DNA of 64,000 bases from a virus. Taxonomy: Duplodnaviria; Heunggongvirae; Uroviricota; Caudoviricetes. Below, piece by piece: positions 36,501 to 45,764 of this stretch (position 1 is its first letter; each line of letters begins with the position of its first letter). Position numbers and translations under genes: made by a program. The notes under the pieces are model-generated. The model ran no database searches. It had not been told where the DNA came from and saw nothing but the letters and a program-made list of their open reading frames with translations. The DNA is taken from IMG/VR virus record IMGVR_UViG_3300031248_000001. One strand, written 5' to 3'.

Positions 36501-38504
36501 GTGCGGCGGCGGTTCAACAAGTCGGAGCGGATAACGCTTTACCTCTCGGCCGATGGTAGGTGCCAAGCGTGTGGCGCTAGGCTCGGCGGGGGATGGCACG
36601 GTGACCACAAAACTCCTTACGCTGCTGGCGGGCCTACGGAAGTCGAAAACGGGCAAGCCCTTTGCCCTAGTTGCAACCAGACGAAAGGGGTTCGGATGAC
36701 CGGGAACCTTGTGCGGCGGCGCTGGCAGGAAGACTGGCTGTCGGCCGCGCGGATGAAGGTCGAGTTGGGTGAAAAGTTCCTCGTCGGAAACATCTTTTGC
36801 GGCAGCGGCAAGACCTTCGGGACTAACGATGTAACCAACGAGCTTTACCGGCGTGGGATCGTTGACGCCGTGGTCGTGCTTGTTCCGCGCATTAACCTTT
36901 GCCGCCAATACGAACTAGATTGGAGCGAAGCTAAGTGGCTCTACTCAGAGCCGATGGGTGAGATAGTCCACCGACAGAACGATGCCCCTCTCTTTCGGGT
37001 AGGGAGGTCGAATCATGAGAACTTTGGGTATGTGACCACCTACGATTCGGTGGTGAGCCGACTCGATCTACACCTCAGAGAACTTCAGGGCAAGAGGTTT
37101 GCCCTAGTCTTGGACGAGGCCCAGCGGCTGGGCGCGCGTGTAGCGGATGATGACGGCACGAAGGCCGCGACAGCGGTTCTCTCACTAGCCGAGCGGGCGA
37201 CCTTCGTCCAATTGGTTACCGGAACTCCATACCGCGCAGACGGGCAACCTCTAGTCCTAGCGAGATATAGCGCGCCGGACAGTGAGGGGCGCCGAACATT
37301 AAACGCCGATGTTAGGGCTACTTACCTAGAGGGTGTCCGAGAAGGTTACTTGCGTCCATTCGAGGCGTTGCTAAAAGACGGCAAGGGCGTGCAGGAGTAC
37401 CTGTCTGGTGGAACCGAGTACCTTCGCTTGGCTGAGATGGAGCGGGGGTTTTGCAAAATTGTAGAAGCGCCTGAATTCTGGAAGCCGCTCGTAGATGAGA
37501 CGATAGCCCTAGTGAAGGCGGCCCAGGCTGTGGACATTAGAGATCCCAAGGAACCGGGCTTCCAGCGTCTTTGCGGGCTCATCGGCGCGTGCCGACAATC
37601 CCACGCCCGCCAGATCATCGCCTATCTCCAAGAGAAGCGTGTGAGCGCAATCCTGGCTGTAAGCGAACAGGCGAACGCCGCTAAAGAGCTTGAGCGGTTT
37701 AAGGACGGAAACACCGACATCCTCGTGACGGTGGCGATGGCCCACGTCGGTTACGATCACAAGCCAATTACTGTTGTCTGCTGCCTCAACCATTACCGAC
37801 AGCGGTCATGGCTCGATCAATTCGCAGCTCGCGGGTTGCGGATGATGCGCGGGATTCCGAGAACGGATCAGACCCTGCGTTACATCGGGCCAGACGACAT
37901 CTTGCACCGTGTGTGGGCCGATGAGATGCGGCGTAATTCGGATATGGGGATGTTAGAGCGTGATATGCGTGGAGTGGCCGAGGAGCGGGATCAGGAGAGA
38001 GCCACCCCAGAAGCTTTTGTTATGCGTGATGTCGAGGTTTTGGGGGGTCGCGCGATTGGAATGGACGAGCAGTACGACCTAGACTACCTCGGTTTCGCGC
38101 ACATCGACGAATTGGCTAAACGATTCAATATCAGTGCCGCGCCGCACACGGGGCTCGCCGCATTGTTGATTAGCCAGGGCGCAGAGATCCCGACAGGAGA
38201 TCCCTATCGAGCCCAGCCGCCCTTACCTATAGAGTCTAGGCCCAAGATGACCGAGCAGGATTGGGAGAGCACCGTGAGCAGTAGGCTCAACGATCTGTGT
38301 ATAGCCTGCGACTCGAAGTTGAAGAAGAAGTTGGGCGAGGATCGTTGGCAGTTTGGGGAGACCGGAAGTCAAGCGTGTAAGTACTTCAGGGTGACTAACT
38401 GGAAAAACCAGGGCGTGCAGTTCATGCTCAAGGTCGAAGCCTACATTAAAAACACCTTCATACCCGAAAGGCTGGGGGCCGACGGTGACGATCTCCGCAG
38501 TTAG
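36501..38504 (+). CDS. HNH nuclease fused to SF2 (DEAD/DEAH-like) helicase; lower-GC gene
   Basis: N-terminus CQACG…HGDHKTPYAAGGPTEVENGQALCPSCNQTKG (HNH). Walker A GSGKTFGT, Walker B LVLDEAQ. Body GC ~55%. Confidence 0.75.
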   Translation: MRRRFNKSERITLYLSADGRCQACGARLGGGWHGDHKTPYAAGGPTEVENGQALCPSCNQTKGVRMTGNLVRRRWQEDWLSAARMKVELGEKFLVGNIFCGSGKTFGTNDVTNELYRRGIVDAVVVLVPRINLCRQYELDWSEAKWLYSEPMGEIVHRQNDAPLFRVGRSNHENFGYVTTYDSVVSRLDLHLRELQGKRFALVLDEAQRLGARVADDDGTKAATAVLSLAERATFVQLVTGTPYRADGQPLVLARYSAPDSEGRRTLNADVRATYLEGVREGYLRPFEALLKDGKGVQEYLSGGTEYLRLAEMERGFCKIVEAPEFWKPLVDETIALVKAAQAVDIRDPKEPGFQRLCGLIGACRQSHARQIIAYLQEKRVSAILAVSEQANAAKELERFKDGNTDILVTVAMAHVGYDHKPITVVCCLNHYRQRSWLDQFAARGLRMMRGIPRTDQTLRYIGPDDILHRVWADEMRRNSDMGMLERDMRGVAEERDQERATPEAFVMRDVEVLGGRAIGMDEQYDLDYLGFAHIDELAKRFNISAAPHTGLAALLISQGAEIPTGDPYRAQPPLPIESRPKMTEQDWESTVSSRLNDLCIACDSKLKKKLGEDRWQFGETGSQACKYFRVTNWKNQGVQFMLKVEAYIKNTFIPERLGADGDDLRS

Positions 38505-39129
38505 TAACCTCGCGGTCTCGCCCGAGGAAGACCGCCGGCAACAGTTTTACGTTCAACTCCTTCAGGATAGCCGTAACGTCAACGGCCTGCTTGACCTATT
38601 GGGGCTAGTCGTGGAACGCGAGGACTGGACACGCCTTAGGGACGTAGACGGCCAACCGCTCACCTTCCGGGCGTACATAGAACTCCCCTATGGAGACGGC
38701 GGTATCGGGTGGAGTGTAGACAATCTGCGGATCATCCTGAGGCTAAAACACGACCACGAGACGCCCGGCCGGGAGATTGCGGAGACGGTCGCGCGGCTGG
38801 GTTGGATGCGAGAACGCGTAGAGGACTTGCTCCTAACAGATCGCCCGCGCAGCGGACCCAAACCGAACGGAGCAATTTCATTACCACGTAATGAAATTAG
38901 GCAAGGAAACAGTTCAGCCTATCTTCGTTCACGTTTGGCGCAAGAGGCACCCGATGTGCTGGAGCGGATGAAGGCCGGCGAGTTCCGCAGCGTGAGGGCC
39001 GCCGCACGAGAGGCAGGGATCATCAAGGACAAGACGCCTCTAGAGAAGGCGCAATGGGCGTGGGGGAAGTTGACCCAGCAGGAGCGGCAGGAATTCTTGG
39101 AGTGGATCAGGACAACGGAAAAACCGTGA
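38485..39129 (+). CDS. hypothetical protein
   Basis: ORF. Confidence 0.45.
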   Translation: MTISAVSNLAVSPEEDRRQQFYVQLLQDSRNVNGLLDLLGLVVEREDWTRLRDVDGQPLTFRAYIELPYGDGGIGWSVDNLRIILRLKHDHETPGREIAETVARLGWMRERVEDLLLTDRPRSGPKPNGAISLPRNEIRQGNSSAYLRSRLAQEAPDVLERMKAGEFRSVRAAAREAGIIKDKTPLEKAQWAWGKLTQQERQEFLEWIRTTEKP

Positions 39130-40052
39130 AGCGAGCTGCCGTCGATCATCCGAAGATCCAGCGCCTCCAGCGCCGCCTCTCCCTGACCCGTTTCGAGGCG
39201 ATGGGGCTGCTAGAGGCTCTCTGGCACTTCACGGGCCGCTACGCGCCGCAGGGCGACCTCGGGCGCTGGTCCGATGAAGAAATCGCGGCCTGGATCGAAT
39301 GGCCCGGAGACCCTGGTGAGTTGATCGGAACGCTGGTCATTTGCGGCTGGTTGGACGTGAACGAGACCTATCGCCTGGTAGTCCATGATTGGCCCGACCA
39401 CGCCGACGAAGCGACGAAAGTAAGCCTGAAACGGGCCGGAAAGACGTTTGTCGTCGCGACGAATTCAGGCACCGTTCCGACCAAACCCCAACCTGTTGCG
39501 ACAGTGTCGGGACCGCCTGAGCCTGAGCCTGAGCCTGAGCCATGCCATGCCATGCCAGAGCCTCCCCTACGGGGAGGTACTAACATGGCGGCTGAAACGG
39601 CGAGTTCCGCCGGCCGGAGTGAGCCTATCGCTCCTGCTCCGAGGTTTCGGGCCGAGGATTGGGAAGCGTTCATCGCGGTTTACCCGCCGCGGAACGGGGA
39701 CCGGGGGCTGGCGAAGGGCCGGGAGAAGTTCATGGCGCTCATCAAGTCCGGGGTGCCGCCGGGTGACCTGCTGGAGGGAGCGCAGCGGTATCGGGCCTGG
39801 GCGGATGCCGAGGGCTCTACCGGCTCGCAGTTCGTGCAGCAAATTCCGACGTGGCTGAACCGGAAGGGCTGGCAGGAAGAGTGGGCGATCAGGACGGGAG
39901 GCAACGGGAATGGACCACACCCAGCAGGGCAACGAGGAAACCGGGCGGCGTCGGAGTCTCTTGAAGCCGAAAGAGACCGCATCCTCGGAAACCTCGCCAA
40001 GCGCAACGCCGCTGCAGGTAGCGATCACGGAAGGCTTGCTGGTGATGGGTGA
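39126..40052 (+). CDS. putative replication-associated protein with PEPEPEP linker
   Basis: N-terminal domain followed by an acidic Pro-Glu linker encoded by a microsatellite. Lies in the replication/recombination block. Function inferred. Confidence 0.4.
   Translation: MKRAAVDHPKIQRLQRRLSLTRFEAMGLLEALWHFTGRYAPQGDLGRWSDEEIAAWIEWPGDPGELIGTLVICGWLDVNETYRLVVHDWPDHADEATKVSLKRAGKTFVVATNSGTVPTKPQPVATVSGPPEPEPEPEPCHAMPEPPLRGGTNMAAETASSAGRSEPIAPAPRFRAEDWEAFIAVYPPRNGDRGLAKGREKFMALIKSGVPPGDLLEGAQRYRAWADAEGSTGSQFVQQIPTWLNRKGWQEEWAIRTGGNGNGPHPAGQRGNRAASESLEAERDRILGNLAKRNAAAGSDHGRLAGDG
39520..39560. repeat. adjacent in-frame microsatellites: (CCTGAG)x4 then (ATGCC)x3
   Basis: Sequence cctgagcctgagcctgagcctgagccatgccatgccatgcc, read directly. 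Confidence 0.7.
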
Positions 40053-40737
40053 GGTGCTCGCCAATCCCAAGGCCGTGAATGAGCGCCTCGTGTTGGCCTG
40101 GGACATGGCCTTGAAACTGGCGGGGGTCCACGCCGAGCAGGTCGCCCCCACGGTGGCCCGTCTCCTGCAGACGCAGACGTTCTTCCCCACCCCGGCGGAC
40201 TTCCTGAAGATCGTCAACCCCGCCGAGGACCGGGAAGCGGGCGAGGAGTTGGTCTGGCAGAAGGTCCTCGATTGCGTCCGCAAGATCGGCCCGAACGCCA
40301 GCCTGCGCCGGGAAGACCTCGGCGGCGACGGAACGGCGCTTTGGGCGGTGGATCGGATGGGCTGGGAACGCCTTTGCCGGGAGCTGACCTTTGACAATCG
40401 GTCGATCATGCGGGCCGACTTCGTGCGGCTGTACCGGGCCGGGAAGACGACGGGGGCCGCGCTGGATTACGTGGCCGGCTGGTTGCACAAGGCCAACGAG
40501 AACGAGGGCCACCAGGTCACCACCCCGGCATTGGTAGGCCGACCCGAATGGGAGGCTCTGCCCGCGGCCCCGGTGGCGACCCCCGTTCTTCCTTCCCCTG
40601 TGTGCCCGGAGTGTGGCTCGCGGAGCCGTCACCTGCTGTGGTGTTCCGCCCTGGACTACCTGGACGAACGGAAGGCGCTTCCCGCCCCGGATGGGATGTC
40701 GGCGCTGGGCGATGTGACCATTGAGGAGGCTGCCTGA
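40045..40737 (+). CDS. hypothetical protein (replication module?)
   Basis: ORF; its start overlaps the upstream stop. Confidence 0.4.
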   Translation: MGEVLANPKAVNERLVLAWDMALKLAGVHAEQVAPTVARLLQTQTFFPTPADFLKIVNPAEDREAGEELVWQKVLDCVRKIGPNASLRREDLGGDGTALWAVDRMGWERLCRELTFDNRSIMRADFVRLYRAGKTTGAALDYVAGWLHKANENEGHQVTTPALVGRPEWEALPAAPVATPVLPSPVCPECGSRSRHLLWCSALDYLDERKALPAPDGMSALGDVTIEEAA

Positions 40738-40828
40738 TGGACCCCGCCGACCTAGAGAAACTCGGGCCGCGCGGTGAGCCGCCGCCCGCCCTACCGCCCG
40801 CGCGGCGGCAGCAGGGGGAGATCAGCCG

Positions 40829-41971
40829 GTGATGATGCACTGCGGCAGCCTCTTCTCGGGCGGCGGGTTAGCGGACCTGGGCCTGGTCGCCGCTGGCTAT
40901 ACGCCTGTGTTCGGCGTCGAGTATGACGCGGCGATAGCGGAATGCTACGCGGCGAACGTCGGCCCGCACGTCACGGTCGGCCGCGTGGAGGAGCAGGACT
41001 ATCGGGGTTGGACGGATCTGGACCTGGCCTGGGCCTCCCCGTCCTGCGTGCGGGCCAGCGTAGCGAATGCGAACGCGGGCGAGACGGAAGAGGACCGGAA
41101 GGCGGCGGCGGCGGTGTGCCGGTCCCTGTGGGATGCGCGGCCGGCCCGCTTCGTGTTGGAGAACGTATCCGGATACCGGGCCTGGGAGAGCTTTCGGATG
41201 ATCGTGCGGACCTTGCTGGAGTTAGGCTATGCCGTGGATTGGGGGCTCCACAACGCGGCCGACTACGGCGTGCCCCAGACCCGCCGCCGCTTGATCCTCC
41301 GAGCCCTCCGTGACGCGCGCTACGTGCCGCCGCTGTGCCCGACGTATGACGAGCGGCCGATGAGCGCGGGCCTGTTCGAAGAGGTGTCGCCGCTCTTGCC
41401 CTGGCAGGGCTGGTACGCGGCGGTGGAGGACCTGCTGGACGGGCTGCCCGAGAGCCGGTTTGCCGCCTGGCAGCTCGCGCGTCTTCCCGAGAGCTTGGGG
41501 ACCTACCTGGTCGGTGGGAGCAACACGAGCGACGAACAGGCCGCGCCTGGGGTAGGGGTGAGCGGGCAGGCGGAGCCTGCCCGCTGCGTGGCGGGGAACT
41601 CGGATCGGTGGCGGGCGGTGTTGGTGGACAATGGCAACCCTAACCGAAACGGCGGGATAGTCCACACCGCAAATCAACCGTGTGTCACTGTCTTGGCTCA
41701 GGCTGATCGCGTTCCATTACGTGCCTTCCTCGTAGAAGACCGGCGCGCCTCCGGGTTCGCCAACGAGACGGTGCGTGCTTCCGATACGCCGCCCCGCGCC
41801 TGGCTCGAACAGGGCCGCGTCGTGCAAATGAACGCCCGCTGCCTGGCGCGGTTCCAGTCCGTGCCCGACAGCTACGCGCTGCCCGAGAAGAACAAGACCG
41901 CTTACAGAGTTATCGGCAATGGGGTCCCGCCGTTGTTTAGCCAGCGGATTGCGGAGAGCCTACACCGATGA
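40829..41971 (+). CDS. DNA (cytosine-5)-methyltransferase
   Basis: Motif I LFSGGGLADLG, PSC-type motif IV, ENV (FVLENVSGY), QTRRRLIL, C-terminal GNGVPPL. Confidence 0.8.
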   Translation: MMMHCGSLFSGGGLADLGLVAAGYTPVFGVEYDAAIAECYAANVGPHVTVGRVEEQDYRGWTDLDLAWASPSCVRASVANANAGETEEDRKAAAAVCRSLWDARPARFVLENVSGYRAWESFRMIVRTLLELGYAVDWGLHNAADYGVPQTRRRLILRALRDARYVPPLCPTYDERPMSAGLFEEVSPLLPWQGWYAAVEDLLDGLPESRFAAWQLARLPESLGTYLVGGSNTSDEQAAPGVGVSGQAEPARCVAGNSDRWRAVLVDNGNPNRNGGIVHTANQPCVTVLAQADRVPLRAFLVEDRRASGFANETVRASDTPPRAWLEQGRVVQMNARCLARFQSVPDSYALPEKNKTAYRVIGNGVPPLFSQRIAESLHR

Positions 41972-42250
41972 CGGGGGGACCGGACTGAGGTTGCGCTGGC
42001 CGAGGCCCCCCGCTAATGCCCCGCCCCACCGAAACGGCGGCCGGAGAGAGAGAACGATGAGCACGAATGAACACGAATTCGAGACGCAGGGTTCACGTCA
42101 GATCTGCGCTCGGTGCGGTCTGATCCAGCATCGCGGCAATGAGGTGACACCTTGCTCTGGGCCTTGGGTTTTGGAAGGCCGGTATCAGTTTGGAAAGGGC
42201 GCGGTGAGTGACGGCTCCGAGGCGGAGAGTCAGACCAAGGCGGCTGCGGA

Positions 42251-42730
42251 ATGATCCTCATCAGCATCGATCCGGGCAAGAGCGGGGCCATAGCGATCTT
42301 CCACGCGGGCGCCGGCCTCCCCGAGGTCTACGATACGCCGGTCGCCGGGGGCGAGTATCTGATGGCTGACATGATGCACTTACTGGCGAACGCTTGCGCC
42401 ACGCACTGCATCATCGAACAGGCCCAGGCGATGCCCAAGCAGGGCGTCTCCAGCACGTTTCAGTTCGGGATGGGTTACGGGCTCTGGCTCGGGCTGCTGG
42501 CAGGGCTGGGCATCCCGTTCGAAACCGTGACGCCCGCCGTGTGGAAGCGCAAGATGGGGCTCACGTCCGAGAAGGGCAAGAGCGTGGCCCTGGCCCAGCA
42601 GCGGTTCCCACATCTCGGGAAGCAGTTACTCCGGAGCAAGGACGGGCGGGCCGAGGCGCTGCTGTTGGGGGTTTGGTATCTGGAGCGGCGCGGCCTCCCT
42701 GCCGCCCCGCGAGAGGAAGGCCAACCATGA
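42251..42730 (+). CDS. RuvC-like Holliday junction resolvase (phage-type)
   Basis: N-terminus ILISIDPGKSGAIAI. Acidic residues spaced as in RuvC/YqgF-fold resolvases. Confidence 0.55.
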   Translation: MILISIDPGKSGAIAIFHAGAGLPEVYDTPVAGGEYLMADMMHLLANACATHCIIEQAQAMPKQGVSSTFQFGMGYGLWLGLLAGLGIPFETVTPAVWKRKMGLTSEKGKSVALAQQRFPHLGKQLLRSKDGRAEALLLGVWYLERRGLPAAPREEGQP

Positions 42731-43506
42731 ACGCCACCCGAGCCCGCATCAGCCTCGACTTCGGCACGCACCACGAAACCGTGCCGGCCGAGGTAGACGG
42801 CCCCCTGGCCCTGCATCCCGTGTGCGGCTCCGGTGGCTGGGCGATCACCCACGTTGCCACCGGCTATCAGGTGGTGCCCGGCTGTCGCTGGGACGAGTTG
42901 ACGGAAGACCAGGCGCGGCGGCTGCTGATCCGGCTGCGGGGGCTTCCGTGGGAGACGGTCACCGACCCGTTCCGACGGTTACCGCCCGCGTTGAAGGCGG
43001 CGGCGAAACGGATCATTACGCGGGAGATGACGGCGATGGGGGTGCGGCGGATTGGGGAGCCCGCCCCTGAGTCACGAGAAACGCCCGAAAACGGCGGGGT
43101 GACACTTGATAGCCGCCAGCCGCCGGGCGGCGGTGTGTGGGGGGTTGGGGGGAGGAGGAGACGGGATGGGCGAGCGGCCGGACGACAAAGACACGAGCGG
43201 GTGGTGCGGGTGCATTGCCCTGATTGCCCTCCTGATGCTGGCGCCGGGGCTGTTGGCGATACTCCAGGCGGCGGCCGATTGGTTGCGGAGGCATTGATGC
43301 CTAACCCCACCCACTGCGGACACCCCGCCTCCCAATTCGCCCACGGCGACGAGGGGACCGCGCACTGCCCGGCGTGTGAGCGAGAAGGGCGGCTGAAGTG
43401 GATTGCGGACAACCTGCCTACGGTGGGGGACTGGACGCTGGAGGACTTCCGCGAGTTCTGCGTGCGGGTAGGGCTGCGGGCCGCCCTGGCCGGCGAGGAG
43501 GAGTGA
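42727..43506 (+). CDS. hypothetical protein(s); gene boundaries uncertain (possibly 2-3 small genes incl. a 43166-43297 TM peptide and 43297-43506 Cys/His protein)
   Basis: ATGA-coupled start. The middle part translates as low-complexity sequence while an alternative frame gives a TM peptide. Confidence 0.3.
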   Translation: MNATRARISLDFGTHHETVPAEVDGPLALHPVCGSGGWAITHVATGYQVVPGCRWDELTEDQARRLLIRLRGLPWETVTDPFRRLPPALKAAAKRIITREMTAMGVRRIGEPAPESRETPENGGVTLDSRQPPGGGVWGVGGRRRRDGRAAGRQRHERVVRVHCPDCPPDAGAGAVGDTPGGGRLVAEALMPNPTHCGHPASQFAHGDEGTAHCPACEREGRLKWIADNLPTVGDWTLEDFREFCVRVGLRAALAGEEE

Positions 43507-43508
43507 CG

Positions 43509-43958
43509 ATGGAACCGTGGGCGTGGTGGGTGGTCGGCGGAGTGCTGGTCTACGTGGTGGGGATGTGGCTGTCGCATCGCCTCTACTGTTGGATGTTCGT
43601 GCGTGGCTGGGTGCCAGATTACACGGACGGAATGAGTGCGTGGATCAATCCGGGCTACGCCTGTTTTCTTCTCACTTGGCCGGTATGCGTCACGCTCGCA
43701 CTCCCTGTTTGGAGTATCTACCGAGTGTGGAGGGTCGTTTCAGACAAGCTCGTATCGGACGGCGAAAAGGTGCGCCTCGCCGCCGCCGAATACCAGCGCC
43801 TCAAGGGCTTGGAAGCCGCCCAACTCGCCGCCCGTAAAGAGAAGCACGAACGCGGCATCGAGGACCTGCCCGTGCCGTCCCGCCAGAACGGCCGTGACGC
43901 CGCTTCGCTGCCCGTCCCCTCTGACCGGGCGGCGGGGGTCGGGGAGGGACGGGGGTGA
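43509..43958 (+). CDS. membrane protein (3 TM)
   Basis: WWVVGGVLVYVVGMWL…. Confidence 0.45.
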   Translation: MEPWAWWVVGGVLVYVVGMWLSHRLYCWMFVRGWVPDYTDGMSAWINPGYACFLLTWPVCVTLALPVWSIYRVWRVVSDKLVSDGEKVRLAAAEYQRLKGLEAAQLAARKEKHERGIEDLPVPSRQNGRDAASLPVPSDRAAGVGEGRG

Positions 43959-44101
43959 GCACACGTCAGGCGCTCGCTGTTCTTGGGTTGATGTTCGGTT
44001 CCTTCCTCTTGGGAAATGCTCCGATCCCGTTGTGGTTGATGGTCGTTTTGTCGCTGCTGGCCGGGCTGGTCGTGGCAGCGAGTTACCCGAGGTTGAGATG
44101 A
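43955..44101 (+). CDS. small hydrophobic peptide (48 aa, 2 TM)
   Basis: GTG start; ATGA-coupled to the next gene. Confidence 0.3.
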   Translation: MSTRQALAVLGLMFGSFLLGNAPIPLWLMVVLSLLAGLVVAASYPRLR

Positions 44102-44346
44102 CGCCTGACCTCTGCCGCAACGGCCACATCATGACCGCTACGAACACCTACGTGGAGCCGCACAGCGGGCGGAAGCGCTGCCGCCAGTGTCGCGCGGCCA
44201 GCACCGGGCGGCGCCACCGGGAGAAGCGGGCTCCGGTCGGTCCGCGACCCCGGCGCCTACCCACCCTGGAGGAAGCTCGGGCCTATCGGCTGACGGCCGA
44301 GGATTGCGACCGGCTGCTGGATGCGGTGGCGGAGGAGCGCCGATGA
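44098..44346 (+). CDS. small Cys-rich protein (CRNGH…C…CxxC), paralog 1
   Basis: MTPDLCRNGHIMTATN…CRQCR. Confidence 0.45.
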   Translation: MTPDLCRNGHIMTATNTYVEPHSGRKRCRQCRAASTGRRHREKRAPVGPRPRRLPTLEEARAYRLTAEDCDRLLDAVAEERR

Positions 44347-44729
44347 CCCCCCTCTGCCGCAACGGTCACCCCCGCATCGAGGAGAACCTCGACTGCCGCA
44401 ACCGCTGCCGAACCTGCGTGCGGGAACGGCTGGCACGAACCGGCCCGGTGCGCTCGTTCTGTCGCGGAGAGGTGGTTGCCAAGACGCGCGGCTTGCAGCT
44501 TCTCACCAGAATCCCGCCGGTCAGGAAGGGCGACCGAATCCAGCTTCGCACGAACGGAGCCACGCCGCCCGATCTGCGCGGGAAGGTGGTCACGGTGCGG
44601 AGCCTGACGTGCGCGATTGTGGATCGGGAAAAAGTAGCCTGGCGGATTGTGCTGGAAGACGGCCGGTGCGTGCGTTGGGGGTGGGTGGAGCGGTTGGTGG
44701 ACGACGGGCGGGCGGGGGAGAAGAGATGA
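44343..44729 (+). CDS. small Cys-rich protein, paralog 2
   Basis: MTPLCRNGHPRIEENLDCRNRCRTCVRER. Confidence 0.45.
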   Translation: MTPLCRNGHPRIEENLDCRNRCRTCVRERLARTGPVRSFCRGEVVAKTRGLQLLTRIPPVRKGDRIQLRTNGATPPDLRGKVVTVRSLTCAIVDREKVAWRIVLEDGRCVRWGWVERLVDDGRAGEKR

Positions 44730-44738
44730 GCAGCGGCG

Positions 44739-45467
44739 ATGGTTGACAGGGCGTGTAAACAGTGCGGAGGGCCTTTAAAAGCTACCCAGAGAGCTTGTTG
44801 CTCTCACGCGTGTCGCGATGCCTACCTTGGAACGATCCGGCGCACTGATGGATGTTTGTTGAATGATGTGAGCCCTGCTCGTCTCCACGAATTGTATTGG
44901 GGACTCGACTCAGGGTATCCGTCGCTAAAGAAACTCGCCGAGCAACTTCGTTGCGGCGACAACACACTGGCAGCGAAATTCCGGAAACTTGGTATTGCTG
45001 TTCGATCAGTATCCGAACAACTCAAGATCGAGGTGCAGCAAGGACGGCGCGGTGTTCCCGACATGACTGGAACGAAGCATGACCGAATGTCGAAAGGTTA
45101 TCGCCCGCCGTGGTTGACTCTTAGCGGCGAACTGGAAAAACAGCGGCTTACTAATTCCGCGCTCACACGGCGACGGCGAGTGGTTGTGCCATGTGGTTGG
45201 TGCGGTGCCCCCGTAGAACGGACCCCCGCCAAACTTCAGGCAGCTCGTGACGTGCACTGCAATTACGATTGCAGCCAACGACATCGCGTTCACATCCGGT
45301 GGCATGGACTTGAGGGTCTACGTCCACGAATACTTGCCCGACTCCAAGAGGAAGCCGCAGGCATCATCACAGAAGAGCGCCTGAACCGCATCGGTAAAGA
45401 GATCGGAGCACGACCTAGCGAAATCGATGAGGTGCTGTTCGGGCAGGCTGTAGGTGACCCCCCGTGA
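44739..45467 (+). CDS. zinc-ribbon/HTH protein in low-GC island (possible degenerate homing-endonuclease-like gene)
   Basis: CKQCGG…CCSHAC. HTH-like LAEQLRCGDNTLAAKFRKLGI. GC ~52%. Confidence 0.4.
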   Translation: MVDRACKQCGGPLKATQRACCSHACRDAYLGTIRRTDGCLLNDVSPARLHELYWGLDSGYPSLKKLAEQLRCGDNTLAAKFRKLGIAVRSVSEQLKIEVQQGRRGVPDMTGTKHDRMSKGYRPPWLTLSGELEKQRLTNSALTRRRRVVVPCGWCGAPVERTPAKLQAARDVHCNYDCSQRHRVHIRWHGLEGLRPRILARLQEEAAGIITEERLNRIGKEIGARPSEIDEVLFGQAVGDPP

Positions 45468-45742
45468 CCACCTCCTCCGTCCCCACCTTCGCCCGCGCCC
45501 TCGGCCTCCGGGTCCGGCAGGAACGCGAGGCGCATGGGTGGACGCAGAAGCAGCTTGCGGAGCTGGCGTGCCTCGCGCCCCGCACCGTGCGGGCGATAGA
45601 AAACGGGGAGTATGGGCCGTCCGCTTTTACGCTGGTGGCAATCTGTGGGGCGCTCGGATGCACCGTGGATGAGGTGACGGCCAGTATTTTGCCCCTCAAA
45701 AGGCAAGGACAATTGCAACGAAACAGTGTAGAAACTATCTAG
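45464..45742 (+). CDS. XRE-family HTH regulator
   Basis: LRVRQEREAHGWTQKQLAELACLAPRTVRAIENGE. Confidence 0.6.
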   Translation: MTTSSVPTFARALGLRVRQEREAHGWTQKQLAELACLAPRTVRAIENGEYGPSAFTLVAICGALGCTVDEVTASILPLKRQGQLQRNSVETI

Positions 45743-45764
45743 AGACCTTGGAGGGTGCGCCCGA

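Noticed and set aside
39520-39560. Possible CRISPR-like repeat
   Set aside because: Only 5-6-nt microsatellite units, in-frame within a gene, with no spacers.
42394-42726. N-terminal 111 codons of ORF 42394-43506 overlapping the RuvC-like gene
   Set aside because: Out-of-frame overlap with a well-supported gene. The real start is probably the ATGA-coupled ATG at 42727.
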